Assembly (NCBI GenBank): GCA_024635665.1
Contig: JAGXIM010000058.1
Coordinates: 1 to 50,973, forward strand
DNA: 50,973 nucleotides
DNA from: Salinimicrobium sp.
GTDB lineage: Bacteria; Bacteroidota; Bacteroidia; Flavobacteriales; Flavobacteriaceae
Direction of reading: 5' to 3'
The notes beneath the pieces were generated by a model. That model was not told the origin of the DNA. It was given only the letters and a program-made list of their open reading frames with translations, and searched no databases. The translations under genes and the position numbers were made by a program. This document shows, in pieces, positions 37,258 through 47,957 of this stretch; the stretch's first letter is position 1; each line of letters starts with the position of its first letter.

Positions 37258-38661
37258 TTAGTTCTGTTGGTCATAATACCTGGAGGAACCCAGATATTTT
37301 TCGATGAGCCAGTTGTATTCTGATGTCAATTTTAAGCCCAGCGTGCCTTCAATATTATATAGCGCATCTTTATCTTCATAGCCGTGTTTCAACATTTCTT
37401 CCAGGTAAAAAAGGGCGGTACCAAAATCGTTGTCCTGTGCACTTAAAGAAATAATATTTTTGTACGCTGCAAAATTGGTAGGGTCAAAAATGGTCTGTAA
37501 CATATTGGCCAGCAATTTTTGCACGAGGCTGGCGTCCCGCGCTTCCTTTAATTCCTGCCGGTTCAACATTACCATTTCCGAAATGAGATCCTTCAGCCGG
37601 TTTGCCATTTTGCCTTCCAGGCCACCGCGTTGTGTGAGCGAGTCGAACTGGTTCTTCTGATAATTCCACCAGCCCAGATTTTCAAAATTGGCAGTACGAA
37701 TGTCTTCCTCGAGATAGTAAATAAAATCGTCCACGAGCCGGCTTTCCTTTTCCCGGACTCGCTCTTGCTCCCGTTTTTGCTGTGCCAAACTCCCTGATCG
37801 GCTCAATTGGTTTTGCCTGGTCCTTACTTCAGAAAGCTGCCTTAAACCTTCGTACTTTGATTCCATGGTTTGCAAAAGGCTTTCGGCGTGTAGCCATTCC
37901 CCACGGCTCATCAACTCATTCACCCTTTTCAAATCTTGCTGAAAAAGTTCCTCTACCAACTGTGAGTTCATTGGCCGTACCCGTTTCTTCATAGCGTCCA
38001 GGGTGAGGGAGCCTATAGCACTGCTCATGATCACAGGTTTTGGCCACTCCTCATCTCCCTCAAAAATATAGATTTCGCCGGAAAAATTCATTTGGGACAG
38101 GGCATTGGCCGTGATTTGCATTCCATTAAAGGTAAATTGTTCATCGCCCACAACGCCTATAAAGGAAAAACTTTTCTTTCTATCCAGGATTTCGAAATTG
38201 ATCCATTGCCTTCCCACCGCAACCACACCAAGAATGTTGTCGTAGATCACTGGAATAGCAGTTGCAACCTTGGCCCCTTCCATGGAGCCCACGGTGGCAA
38301 TTTGAGCAAAATCAACCGGATATAGTGTTATGGCATGGGTAAGCAACCGGGAAGCAATTTCGGCATTTTTAAGCATCCCGTTATTTGGGTTGATATCATT
38401 TGAAGCAACAAGGATGTAGCCCTGCTTTTCTGCTATACCTTGCAGGAATTGTGCAGATGACTTTCCCCTGCCCTTGCCGTCAAATACGAAAAGCACCGGC
38501 CATGGTTTCTCTCCCCTAAAAGCTGTTGGCAAATACAGGGAATAGGTCTCGTCAAGCGTATCTGAGACCTTGAGCGAGTCCACCACTATTCCTTTTTTCA
38601 GGGTCATTTCCTGTGCAGACAATTGAACCGTAAGGAATAAAAAGAATATGATTTTTTTCAT
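37258..38661 (-). CDS. Secreted alpha/beta-hydrolase-like protein with helical/TPR-like C-terminus
   Basis: Signal peptide; YSLYLP..WPVLFVFD...GYILVAS; catalytic motifs appear degenerate. Confidence 0.6.
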   Translation of the reverse strand: MKKIIFFLFLTVQLSAQEMTLKKGIVVDSLKVSDTLDETYSLYLPTAFRGEKPWPVLFVFDGKGRGKSSAQFLQGIAEKQGYILVASNDINPNNGMLKNAEIASRLLTHAITLYPVDFAQIATVGSMEGAKVATAIPVIYDNILGVVAVGRQWINFEILDRKKSFSFIGVVGDEQFTFNGMQITANALSQMNFSGEIYIFEGDEEWPKPVIMSSAIGSLTLDAMKKRVRPMNSQLVEELFQQDLKRVNELMSRGEWLHAESLLQTMESKYEGLRQLSEVRTRQNQLSRSGSLAQQKREQERVREKESRLVDDFIYYLEEDIRTANFENLGWWNYQKNQFDSLTQRGGLEGKMANRLKDLISEMVMLNRQELKEARDASLVQKLLANMLQTIFDPTNFAAYKNIISLSAQDNDFGTALFYLEEMLKHGYEDKDALYNIEGTLGLKLTSEYNWLIEKYLGSSRYYDQQN

Positions 38662-38732
38662 GGAATTAAGATAAGAATTTTTCCATGATCTATAAACGGC
38701 TTTTTTTACTGAAAAATTTCACGACAGGGCAT

Positions 38733-38758
38733 AAAAAAAGCCTTACTAAGTAAGGCTT
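38733..38758 (-). terminator. Terminator of the cold-shock gene
   Basis: aaaaaaagccttac-taa-gtaaggctt. Confidence 0.8.
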
Positions 38759-38782
38759 CAGAATATAAATTCGAATATGAAA

Positions 38783-38974
38783 CTAAGCTTGTCTCACATT
38801 TACTGCATTTACACCTTTTCTACCTTCTTCAAGGTCAAAAGTAACTTCGTCATCTTGTCTAATCTCATCGACCAAACCATTAGCGTGAACGAAATACTCT
38901 TCATTTGATTCTTCGTCTTTAATAAATCCGTAACCTTTTGATTCGTTAAAGAACTTTACAATACCTTTATTCAT
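38783..38974 (-). CDS. Cold-shock protein (CSD)
   Basis: GIVKFFNESKGYGFI and YFVH RNP motifs; TATATTTG box at 38996-39003. Confidence 0.97.
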   Translation of the reverse strand: MNKGIVKFFNESKGYGFIKDEESNEEYFVHANGLVDEIRQDDEVTFDLEEGRKGVNAVNVRQA

Positions 38975-39061
38975 TATATAAATTTAAATTTAGCGCAAAT
39001 ATACAATATAATAACATACAGACTACTAAAAACCAGTAAATTATTTCAAAAAGATGTTTTT

Positions 39062-39676
39062 TTATTCCAGGAAAGCAATGTTTATCCCCTGTATCAGCAT
39101 GTTTACACCAATAATTGCAATAATAAGCCCCATTATTTTTTCAATCACAACAATTTTGTTCGCACCAATGTACCGCACCAAATATTCACTGGACAGGAAA
39201 GCCAAATGGTTGAGCCACATTACAACCGCGAACATCACGAGAATAATCCCTAACTGCATATAAGTAGCGGTAGGAGTAAAGTTCATCGCGGTCACAATAG
39301 TTCCGGGACCGGCAAGAATGGGAATCCCCAGTGGGGAAATGGAAACACCTTCGTTGAAATTCACTTCAGCCTGGTTATCAATACTCGAAACCTGTGCCCG
39401 TATCATTTCAAAACCAACAAAGAAAACTAAAATTCCTCCTGTTATTTTAAAGGCGGGAATGGTCAATCCGAAGAAATCGAAAATATATTTCCCGAGGATA
39501 ATGAATCCGGCGACAATTACAAAGGCCGTAAAAGTTGCCTGTTTCGAGATATTCTTTCTCGTAGCCCTATCGGCTTGCCGGGTCAACCCCAGAAAAACCG
39601 GAACATTGCCCAGAGGATTGTTAATGGCTATGAAGCCTGTAAATACCGCTATAGCAAATACTCCTATATTTTCCAT
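39062..39676 (-). CDS. MarC family membrane protein
   Basis: NPLGNVPVF, FKITGG and PLGIPILAGPG motifs. Confidence 0.93.
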   Translation of the reverse strand: MENIGVFAIAVFTGFIAINNPLGNVPVFLGLTRQADRATRKNISKQATFTAFVIVAGFIILGKYIFDFFGLTIPAFKITGGILVFFVGFEMIRAQVSSIDNQAEVNFNEGVSISPLGIPILAGPGTIVTAMNFTPTATYMQLGIILVMFAVVMWLNHLAFLSSEYLVRYIGANKIVVIEKIMGLIIAIIGVNMLIQGINIAFLE

Positions 39677-39870
39677 CCTTTTATAATGAGACCATATTTA
39701 AAACGGCAAAAGTATTCAAAATATACTTCTTGCAAAAGCCCTGAGATAAAATGGATTGATGTTTTTATCATCCAGAAAGGGGATATTAGAAATATATTTT
39801 TTGAGACTTCTTTAACGGGGGCACAGCAGCATTTTTCGTACATTCTAAATCCATCAAATTTCCTGAATTC

Positions 39871-40476
39871 ATGACGGATTACAACAAAAAAAGGGATTTC
39901 AATAAGACAAAAGAACCCAGAGGGGATGGCCCAAAAAAGAAGCATGAAAAGCCCATTTTTGTGATCCAAAAGCACGATGCCACCAATCTACATTATGATT
40001 TTCGGCTGGAAATAGACCATACCTTAAAATCCTGGTCTGTCCCAAAAGGCCCCAGCACAGATCCTTCAGTAAAACGAATGGCTATCCCAACTGAAGACCA
40101 TCCCATTGCCTATGCCGATTTTGAAGGAACTATCCCGGAAGGGGAATATGGCGGGGGAACCGTGATGATTTGGGACAATGGAACTATAGAAAGCAACAAA
40201 AAAGATGAAAACGGAAATATTATTTCCCTTGAAGATAGTTTTAATACCGGAAGTATCGAAGTGACCCTCCACGGAAAAAAGCTGCAAGGCAAATTTAACC
40301 TGGTGAAAATGAAAGGCGGGAAAATGAGCGGAAATTGGCTTTTGATGAAGCAGGAGGATGCCGAAGCCGATGCCAGGCGCAACCCGGTGAGTACTCAACC
40401 CAAAAGCGTGGTTACAGGTCGCAGTCTTTCAGAAATAGCAGAAGCAGAAAACGGAAATCAGAAAAAACAGGAATAG
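39871..40476 (+). CDS. Stand-alone LigD 3'-phosphoesterase (PE) domain protein
   Basis: YNKKRDF..T.EP, FVIQKHDATNLHYDFRLE, SWSVPKGP, TEDHP and YGGGTVMIWD motifs. Confidence 0.93.
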   Translation: MTDYNKKRDFNKTKEPRGDGPKKKHEKPIFVIQKHDATNLHYDFRLEIDHTLKSWSVPKGPSTDPSVKRMAIPTEDHPIAYADFEGTIPEGEYGGGTVMIWDNGTIESNKKDENGNIISLEDSFNTGSIEVTLHGKKLQGKFNLVKMKGGKMSGNWLLMKQEDAEADARRNPVSTQPKSVVTGRSLSEIAEAENGNQKKQE

Positions 40477-40478
40477 AA

Positions 40479-41294
40479 ATGGAAATCGAAACCGTAGAAA
40501 TATCACATCCAGATAAAATTATTTTCCCGCAGAGAAATATTTCGAAAGGAGATATGGCAGATTATTACGACAAGATCGCTGACCATATGTTGCCTTATCT
40601 GAAAGACCGCCCGCTCACCCTCCACAGGTTTCCAAATGGGATCGAGGAAAGCGGATTTTACCAAAAAAATATTTCAGATTATTTTCCAGATTATATTAAA
40701 ACCGTAAAAATCGAAACCGAAGAAGGCAGCAACACCCAGGTACTTTGCAACGATAAGAAAACTTTGCTATACCTCGTGAACCAGGGAACCGTGGCCTTCC
40801 ACATCTGGCTTAGCCGGAAAGACAGGCTACGCCAACCAGACAAGATCATCTTTGACCTTGATCCACCCGAAGATTCATTTGAAAAAGTAAAAGAGGCAGC
40901 AAAAGTGCTTCGGAACTATCTCAAAAAGCACAAAAAAGAGCCGCAGCTAATGACCAGCGGCCAAAATGGGATACACCTCTACTACTCTATAAGAAGGGGG
41001 AAAGATTTTGAAGTAGTAAAAAAAGAAGCGCGGAAAATAGCAGAAGAAGTTGTAAAATTGCGGCCCGACCTGTTGACCACAAAAATTAGAAAAGACCAGC
41101 GGGAAGGAAAAATTTTCGTAGATTACCTTCGAAATGCCTATGCCCAGACTGCTGTCTGCCCTTTTTCGCTAAGGGCGAACAAAGAAGCGGGTGTAGCCAC
41201 ACCATTGGAATGGGACGAACTGCCAAAACTGGAAAGCGCGTCTTTTTATAACTTTACGAATATTTTTAGAAGATTAGGACAAATAAAAAAATAG
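40479..41294 (+). CDS. Stand-alone LigD polymerase (AEP, PolDom) domain protein
   Basis: ISHPDK, RPLTLHRFPNG, FYQKN, FDLDP, TSGQNGIH and FVDYLRN motifs; start moved to ATG 40479. Confidence 0.93.
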   Translation: MEIETVEISHPDKIIFPQRNISKGDMADYYDKIADHMLPYLKDRPLTLHRFPNGIEESGFYQKNISDYFPDYIKTVKIETEEGSNTQVLCNDKKTLLYLVNQGTVAFHIWLSRKDRLRQPDKIIFDLDPPEDSFEKVKEAAKVLRNYLKKHKKEPQLMTSGQNGIHLYYSIRRGKDFEVVKKEARKIAEEVVKLRPDLLTTKIRKDQREGKIFVDYLRNAYAQTAVCPFSLRANKEAGVATPLEWDELPKLESASFYNFTNIFRRLGQIKK

Positions 41295-41307
41295 AAACAC
41301 TTCAAGA

Positions 41308-41700
41308 ATGAAAGAGATCACCCCCGAAGAGGCAAACAAGGCCCTAAAGGAACAAGCTGAAAACGTAGAAAGAAAAGATTTGGAAAAAGTTCTCGAGAAG
41401 GAACAAAAAATCGAGGATAGATTTCGAAACAATAGCTCGCTAACCGGATATTTTGCAAAATCCAAAAGCATGTTTTCACTTATCAAAGACTATTGGAACG
41501 GGAATTACCGGCAGGTGCCATGGAAAACTATTGCCGCTGTTACGGGAGCCTTGCTGTACGTACTAATGCCGCTGGACCTCATCCCCGATTTCATTCCCGT
41601 AGCCGGTTACCTTGACGATGCCGGGGTGATCGCGGCCTGCCTTACGCTGGTGAATGACGACCTGGTGACATATGAAAAGTGGAAAGCTTTTGAAAAATAA
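41308..41700 (+). CDS. YkvA/DUF1232 family protein
   Basis: YVLMPLDLIPDFIPVAGYLDD motif. Confidence 0.92.
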   Translation: MKEITPEEANKALKEQAENVERKDLEKVLEKEQKIEDRFRNNSSLTGYFAKSKSMFSLIKDYWNGNYRQVPWKTIAAVTGALLYVLMPLDLIPDFIPVAGYLDDAGVIAACLTLVNDDLVTYEKWKAFEK

Positions 41701-41723
41701 GCACTAAATATTAAACTGATCAC

Positions 41724-41746
41724 AATCCCGTTTCGGCGGGATTTTT
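41724..41746 (+). terminator. Terminator of the LigD-YkvA operon
   Basis: aatcccgt-ttcg-gcgggattttt. Confidence 0.8.
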
Positions 41747-41771
41747 CTGTTTGCACTCGACAAGATAAAAA

Positions 41772-42251
41772 ATGAATAGGGAAAAACTTGAAAACATGCC
41801 TTTATACCAAAAGGCATTGGAAATCCTTGAGATCGTTCAAAGGATTGTGGACCTGGTTCCCACAGATGATACATTTATCTCCCACGCAGCCGGTCATATG
41901 TACGAAGATGCCCTACAGCTGGCGCCGAAGATTGCCGGGGCCCAAGCAGTAGATCTATACGACATCAAAATGGAAAATGCAGCCATCATCCGAAGATGTG
42001 CCCGGCAGGTTTACGTGGGCTGCAATAGCTTTTTGATTGAAGATTTTGAAGATATCGAGTACCTGGAACTTTTGAGAAGCCACATCGAAGAATTTAGGGT
42101 GCTTTTTGCAGAATGGGTGAAAACCTTTGACCAGTGGAATTATATTATTGACAGGTGGGGCTTATTCAATCCGCCGGGAGTGAATTATGATGATGTAGAC
42201 CCCGATGATGACCTGCCATTTGATAACCCTTTAGATGATTTCGAAGAATAA
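41772..42251 (+). CDS. Hypothetical four-helix-bundle-like protein with acidic tail
   Basis: LYQKALEI...KIAGA...MENAAIIR...FAEWV helical pattern. Confidence 0.65.
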   Translation: MNREKLENMPLYQKALEILEIVQRIVDLVPTDDTFISHAAGHMYEDALQLAPKIAGAQAVDLYDIKMENAAIIRRCARQVYVGCNSFLIEDFEDIEYLELLRSHIEEFRVLFAEWVKTFDQWNYIIDRWGLFNPPGVNYDDVDPDDDLPFDNPLDDFEE

Positions 42252-42336
42252 CTTATTTCACAAGACTAAGCAATCCCAAAAATTTTGTTGCAAAATGGCC
42301 TTTTTGAAAGGTCTGAACGAAAAGGATTGAACAAAG

Positions 42337-42372
42337 AAAACCTCCAAAGTCTCAAAAAAATTTGGAGGTTTT
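42337..42372. terminator. Bidirectional terminator / palindrome
   Basis: 12-bp inverted repeat aaaacctccaaa...tttggaggtttt between convergent genes. Confidence 0.65.
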
Positions 42373-42397
42373 GATAATTTAAAAGTGTCTTTATATA

Positions 42398-45300
42398 TTA
42401 CATATTCCTTCTATACTGCCCGCCTACTTCAAACAAAGCGGTCGTGATCTGGCCCAATGAACATACTTTTGTGGCTTCCATTAAAACTTCAAAAATATTT
42501 TCGTTTTTAACAGCGGCTTTTTGCACTTTTTCCAGTGTCTCCTGTGCTTTGCCTTCTTTGGCAGTATGAAGATTTTTGAGCGTTTTGATCTGATCTTGTT
42601 TTTCTTCTTCGGTAGCGCGTATCACCTCGCCCGGCGTAACGGTTGGGGAACCTGTTGAACTAAGGAAGGTATTCACCCCAATGATTGGATATTCGCCATT
42701 GTGCTTTAAGGTTTCATAATAAAGGCTTTCTTCCTGAATCTTGCTCCGCTGGTACATAGTTTCCATGGCTCCCAAAACCCCGCCCCTTTCGGTGATGCGG
42801 TCGAATTCCAGAAGGACTGCTTCCTCCACCAAATCTGTTAATTCTTCGATAATAAAGGCTCCCTGGATCGGGTTTTCATTTTTGGTGAGTCCCAGTTCTT
42901 TGTTGATAATTAGCTGGATTGCCATCGCCCGGCGTACCGAAGCTTCTGTTGGAGTGGTAATGGCTTCATCATAAGCATTAGTGTGCAGGGAATTACAGTT
43001 ATCATAAATGGCATACAGGGCCTGCAGGGTGGTCCTAATGTCATTAAAATCGATTTCCTGGGCGTGCAAAGACCTTCCGGAAGTCTGAATGTGGTACTTC
43101 AGCATTTGTGCCCGCGGATTGGCCTCGTATTTATATTTCAGCGCTTTCGACCATATTTTCCTCGCCACACGTCCAATCACCGCATACTCCGGATCGACGC
43201 CATTGGAGAAGAAAAATGAAAGATTGGGGCCAAATTTGTCAATGTCCATTCCCCTGCTCAAATAATATTCGACGTAAGTGAAGCCGTTGGCCAGCGTCAA
43301 AGCCAGCTGCGTAATCGGGTTTGCACCTGCTTCGGCGATATGGTATCCCGAAATCGAAACCGAATAGAAATTCCGCACCTTTTCGGTAATGAAATATTCC
43401 TGCACATCACCCATCAACCTCAGCGCAAATTCAGTGGAAAAAATACAGGTGTTCTGCGCCTGATCTTCCTTTAAAATATCTGCCTGCACCGTTCCCCGAA
43501 CCTGACTAATAGTTCGTTGTTTAATATCTGAATATACATCTGCAGGCAAGACCTGGTCACCGGTAACCCCGAGAAGCATTAGTCCCAGGCCGTTATTTCC
43601 TTCAGGAAGTTCTCCCTTATATTTTGGTTGATCTACTTCTTTACTTGCATAGATCTTTTTGATTTTTTCTGAAACTTCGGCTTCCAATCCGTTTTCTTTG
43701 ATATATTTTTCACATTGCTGATCAATCGCTGCGTTCATGAAAAAGCCCAGCAACATTGGTGCAGGTCCGTTAATGGTCATACTCACAGAAGTCATGGCAT
43801 CAGCAAGGTCAAAACCGGAATACAACTTCTTCGCGTCATCCAAACAGCAGATAGAAACTCCGGCATTTCCAATTTTTCCGTAGATATCGGGTCGGGGATC
43901 CGGGTCATTTCCGTATAAGGTCACCGAATCAAAAGCCGTGGAAAGTCGTTTTGCGGGCAGTCCCATACTCACATAATGGAAGCGACGATTGGTCCTTTCG
44001 GGCGAACCTTCCCCGGCAAACATCCTGGTAGGATCTTCCCCCTGTCGCTTAAATGGATACAATCCCGCAGTATATGGAAATTCCCCGGGCACATTTTCCT
44101 GCAGGCACCAGCGTAAAATATCGCCCCAGGCCTGATATTTTGGTAATGCGACCTTCGGGATTTGCGTATGCGACAAAGATTCTGAATGCGTGTCAATATT
44201 TATTTCCTTGTCACGGACCTTAAAACTGTAGACCGGTTGCTGATATTTGTTCACCTTCCCGTCCCAACCGGTAATTATTTCCCAATTGTAAGGATCCAAA
44301 TCCATTTTTACTTTGTCAAACTCCTTCTTGAGAAGGCCAGCAAGATCTTTATTCCCTTCAGAAATGGCGTTTTCAAGACCTTCTTCTACCAATCCGAATT
44401 TGTTCAATTCAATTTTTTCTCCGGTTACCGATTCCAGCGTTTTGTAAATTCCGTAGAGCTTCTGGGCAACTTCAGCCTGTGATGCTGCTTTCTCATCGTA
44501 CGAACGGTTGTTTTCTGAAATTTCTGAAAGATACCGCACCCTCTTTGGTGGAATCACGTAAATTTTTTCACTCGTTTCTACAGAAGTATTGAAAGTGGAA
44601 TTAAATTTTCCATTGGCTTTTTCGTCCATTTTGTCCATCACCTCCTTGTAAAGCGTATTCATTCCCGGGTCATTAAACTGCGAAGCGATGGTTCCAAAAA
44701 CGGGCAGCGTTTCTGGATCTGTGTCCCATAGACCGTGGTTGCGCTGGTATTGCTTTTTCACGTCACGCAGGGCATCCAGCGCACCACGTTTATCAAATTT
44801 ATTGATCGCCACCAGGTCTGCAAAATCGAGCATGTCTATTTTTTCTAATTGGGTCGCTGCACCAAACTCCGGCGTCATGACGTATAGTGAGGTATCTGAA
44901 TGTTCTATAATTTCGGTATCCGATTGTCCTATACCTGAAGTTTCCAGAAAAATGAGGTCATAATTTGCTGCCTTTAGAACCTGCACCGCTTCGGCCACGT
45001 GTTTTGAAAGCGCCAGATTAGACTGCCTGGTTGCCAGTGAACGCATATAAACCCGCTCATTGTTGATAGAATTCATCCGGATGCGGTCCCCTAAAAGTGC
45101 TCCCCCGGTTTTTCTTTTGGAAGGATCCACTGAAATTATTCCGATGGTTTTTTCAGGAAAATCGATCAGGAAACGCCGTACCAGCTCATCCACGAGGGAA
45201 GATTTTCCGGCGCCGCCGGTGCCTGTAATTCCCAGGACTGGCACATCCCTTTCCGATTTTTCTGAAGCGGAGGAGCCGAATTTCCGGTTTTTAAAAGCCT

Positions 45301-45856
45301 CCTCAAAGACAGCATGATGATTTTCGGCAAGGGAAATCAACCTTGCTATTGTATTTACATTTTTTTCTTTCAAAGCTTCCTCAGTTCCCTTTCCCTGCGG
45401 AAGGTCCAGGGAAGGAATGGAATAATCAGATTGTTTTACAAGATCATTGATCATCCCCTGCAACCCCATTTCCCGTCCATCATCGGGGGAATAAACGCGG
45501 GTGATGCCGTAATCGTGCAATTCCCTGATTTCTTCCGGAAGGATCACGCCACCGCCACCGCCAAAGATCTTGATATGGCCCGCTCCTTTTTCGTGCAGCA
45601 AATCGTACATATACTTAAAATATTCGGTGTGCCCGCCTTGATAGGAAGTCATGGCTATGGAATTGGCATCTTCCTGGATGGCACAATTCACTACTTCCTC
45701 CACACTGCGGTCATGTCCAAGGTGGATCACCTCCACTCCGGTAGATTGAATGATACGCCGCATAATATTAATGGCGGCATCATGCCCGTCAAAAAGGGAT
45801 GCTGCAGTTACAATTCTAACTTTATTTTTGGGTTTATAAGGAGCTTGTTGTTCCAT
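42398..45856 (-). CDS. icmF: Fused isobutyryl-CoA mutase IcmF (B12-binding + MeaI GTPase + mutase)
   Basis: FDGHDAAI B12 motif and GTGGAGKS Walker [10 protein letters not shown] has Phe at the position of the methylmalonyl-CoA mutase Tyr (RQYAG). 1152 aa. Confidence 0.9.
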   Translation of the reverse strand: MEQQAPYKPKNKVRIVTAASLFDGHDAAINIMRRIIQSTGVEVIHLGHDRSVEEVVNCAIQEDANSIAMTSYQGGHTEYFKYMYDLLHEKGAGHIKIFGGGGGVILPEEIRELHDYGITRVYSPDDGREMGLQGMINDLVKQSDYSIPSLDLPQGKGTEEALKEKNVNTIARLISLAENHHAVFEEAFKNRKFGSSASEKSERDVPVLGITGTGGAGKSSLVDELVRRFLIDFPEKTIGIISVDPSKRKTGGALLGDRIRMNSINNERVYMRSLATRQSNLALSKHVAEAVQVLKAANYDLIFLETSGIGQSDTEIIEHSDTSLYVMTPEFGAATQLEKIDMLDFADLVAINKFDKRGALDALRDVKKQYQRNHGLWDTDPETLPVFGTIASQFNDPGMNTLYKEVMDKMDEKANGKFNSTFNTSVETSEKIYVIPPKRVRYLSEISENNRSYDEKAASQAEVAQKLYGIYKTLESVTGEKIELNKFGLVEEGLENAISEGNKDLAGLLKKEFDKVKMDLDPYNWEIITGWDGKVNKYQQPVYSFKVRDKEINIDTHSESLSHTQIPKVALPKYQAWGDILRWCLQENVPGEFPYTAGLYPFKRQGEDPTRMFAGEGSPERTNRRFHYVSMGLPAKRLSTAFDSVTLYGNDPDPRPDIYGKIGNAGVSICCLDDAKKLYSGFDLADAMTSVSMTINGPAPMLLGFFMNAAIDQQCEKYIKENGLEAEVSEKIKKIYASKEVDQPKYKGELPEGNNGLGLMLLGVTGDQVLPADVYSDIKQRTISQVRGTVQADILKEDQAQNTCIFSTEFALRLMGDVQEYFITEKVRNFYSVSISGYHIAEAGANPITQLALTLANGFTYVEYYLSRGMDIDKFGPNLSFFFSNGVDPEYAVIGRVARKIWSKALKYKYEANPRAQMLKYHIQTSGRSLHAQEIDFNDIRTTLQALYAIYDNCNSLHTNAYDEAITTPTEASVRRAMAIQLIINKELGLTKNENPIQGAFIIEELTDLVEEAVLLEFDRITERGGVLGAMETMYQRSKIQEESLYYETLKHNGEYPIIGVNTFLSSTGSPTVTPGEVIRATEEEKQDQIKTLKNLHTAKEGKAQETLEKVQKAAVKNENIFEVLMEATKVCSLGQITTALFEVGGQYRRNM

Positions 45857-45997
45857 ATTGAATTTTATCGTTTATTAAAGCCTGCAATTTACGAAAATTG
45901 AAATAGTCGGCAGGTTAAATTAGAAATAGCACAATATGATTTTCTTATTAGTACCAGCGAAGGGAATTGCCTACTTTTAAATTTAGAAAAATCTTAT

Positions 45998-46849
45998 ATG
46001 TCACGTTTCATCCTTCTTATCCATTGCCCTGATACCGCAGGGATCATTTCAAACGTCACCTCTTTTATTTACAGTCGCAGGGGAAATATTGTTTACATAG
46101 ATCAATATGTAGATGTTGAAAATAGAATTTTTGTTATGCGGCTTGAATGTGAGTTTCAGGATGCCATAAACCTTCAAAAATTAAAGGAAGAATTTTCAGA
46201 AAAACTGGCACTTTCCTACCAAATGTTTTGGCGTATGTATTCTGCTGAAAATAAATTAAAAATGGCCATTTTCGTTTCAAAATATGATCACTGTCTCTAT
46301 GATATTCTGGGCAGGTATAAAGCCGGCGAACTTCCCGTTACAATTCCTTTGATCATTAGCAACCATAAAGATCTGGGACACATAGCCGAAAAATTCGATA
46401 TTCCTTTTCATCATATACCTGTTTCCCGGACAATTAAAGCGGATGCAGAAAAAAAGCACCTGGAACTACTAAGCCAGGAAAAGATAGACTTTATTGTTCT
46501 TGCAAGATATATGCAGATAATTCCAGATGGTATTATTAAAGCTTTTCCAAATCGAATCATCAATATTCACCATTCCTTTTTGCCTGCTTTTGCCGGAGCT
46601 AAACCTTATCATTCTGCTTATAAACGCGGAGTAAAAATTATAGGTGCAACTTCGCATTACGTTACCGCCGAATTAGATGAAGGTCCCATTATTGAACAGG
46701 ACATCGCGAGGATTTCCCACAGCCATTCCATAAAAGATTTAATTCTTAAAGGCCGGGATCTTGAGAAGATAGTTTTAGCAAGGGCAATTAAATTGCATAC
46801 AGACCGGAAAACTCTGGTTTATAATAACAAAACCATCATTTTTACATAA
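45998..46849 (+). CDS. purU: Formyltetrahydrofolate deformylase
   Basis: N-terminal ACT domain (CPD..GI); VLARYMQ, INIHHSFLPAF.GAKPY and LDEGPIIEQ motifs. Confidence 0.97.
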   Translation: MSRFILLIHCPDTAGIISNVTSFIYSRRGNIVYIDQYVDVENRIFVMRLECEFQDAINLQKLKEEFSEKLALSYQMFWRMYSAENKLKMAIFVSKYDHCLYDILGRYKAGELPVTIPLIISNHKDLGHIAEKFDIPFHHIPVSRTIKADAEKKHLELLSQEKIDFIVLARYMQIIPDGIIKAFPNRIINIHHSFLPAFAGAKPYHSAYKRGVKIIGATSHYVTAELDEGPIIEQDIARISHSHSIKDLILKGRDLEKIVLARAIKLHTDRKTLVYNNKTIIFT

Positions 46850-46957
46850 TTCTCTTCACTCAATCTTTACGTAATTCAGTCAATGGACTCTTGATGAATA
46901 GCCATTGGTACAGACAGGTGGGAAGCATATTATTTCTATCTTTGAAAAAATCAAATC

Positions 46958-47662
46958 ATGAAAAAATTTTTCCTTTTTGCCCTTCTTCCGCTATTTTTCG
47001 GCTGCGGACAATTACAACAAATAGCAGATTCCCTTCCGCAGGATGGCGGGTATATTTCAAACACCGAAGTAGCCGCTGGCTTAAGGCAGGCTTTGAATCT
47101 GGGAATTGACAAACAAGTCACAAAACTTACTGAAGAAGACGGGTTTTTTAGAAATGAACTCGTGCGGATCACCCTTCCCCAGGAACTTCAAAAAGTCGAC
47201 AAAACCCTGAGGGATTTGGGAATGGATGCTTTGGCCGATGAAGGTTTGCGCGTGCTTAACCGGGCTGCCGAAGATGCCGTACAGGAAGCCACACCTATTT
47301 TTGTAAATGCTGTCCAGGAAATTACTTTTGCCGATGCCCGTAACATCCTAACCGGCGACAATAATGCGGCAACCACCTATTTGGCACAAAAAACCACCGA
47401 TGAACTTTATACCAAATTCAATCCCGTGATCACAAATTCACTGGTGAAAGTGGGGGCAACACAGGTTTGGAGTAATATTATCCAACGTTACAACCAATTG
47501 CCGCTTACCACTAATGTGAACCCAGATTTGGCCGATTATGTCACTAAGGAAGCTTTAGAAGGAGTTTTCACAATGATAGCCATTGAAGAAGAACAAATAA
47601 GAACCAATTTCTCTGCCCGTACTACCAATTTGTTGCGAAGGGTTTTTGCTTTACAGGATTAA
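46958..47662 (+). CDS. DUF4197 domain lipoprotein
   Basis: Lipobox FFGC; GLRQAL, LNRAAEDAV and IAIEEEQIR motifs. Confidence 0.9.
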   Translation: MKKFFLFALLPLFFGCGQLQQIADSLPQDGGYISNTEVAAGLRQALNLGIDKQVTKLTEEDGFFRNELVRITLPQELQKVDKTLRDLGMDALADEGLRVLNRAAEDAVQEATPIFVNAVQEITFADARNILTGDNNAATTYLAQKTTDELYTKFNPVITNSLVKVGATQVWSNIIQRYNQLPLTTNVNPDLADYVTKEALEGVFTMIAIEEEQIRTNFSARTTNLLRRVFALQD

Positions 47663-47931
47663 AAACAGAAAAGTAGGCAACCGCATATTCCACTTTTCCC
47701 TTGCAGAAAGAATTCCTGAAAAAGGTGCATATCTGAATAAAATCTATTCCAAAAAAGGCATTTTTGAGACCTGATTTCTGCGTTATTAACAAATTGAAAT
47801 CGGCTTCATATCAGGTAGATCCTGAGAAAAACAGTTTAAATTGCAAGGTTTTTAACAGGCAATGGCTTTAAAAATGAGACATTTACAACAAACTTAACGA
47901 TAGGTTAGGAAGTGTTCATAATTCTGAAAGA

Positions 47932-47939
47932 TATCTTTG
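47932..47939 (+). promoter_or_regulatory. -7 promoter box
   Basis: TATCTTTG, 18 bp before ATG 47958. Confidence 0.55.
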
Positions 47940-47957
47940 TAACAGAAGATAAAATAA

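Noticed and set aside
40335-40478. Possible -1 frameshift fusing LigD PE and Pol (the Pol frame is open for 48 codons upstream)
   Set aside because: The A6 run is in phase CAG-AAA-AAA-CAG, not X-XXY-YYZ, and is too short for transcriptional slippage. Pol has its own ATG 2 bp after the PE stop.
41772-42251. Diversity-generating retroelement suggested by an Avd-like protein
   Set aside because: No reverse transcriptase and no TR/VR repeat pair in the window.
45314-45901. 195-aa plus-strand ORF, and the many other short overlapping ORFs in the track
   Set aside because: Antisense or alternate-frame shadows of confidently identified genes.
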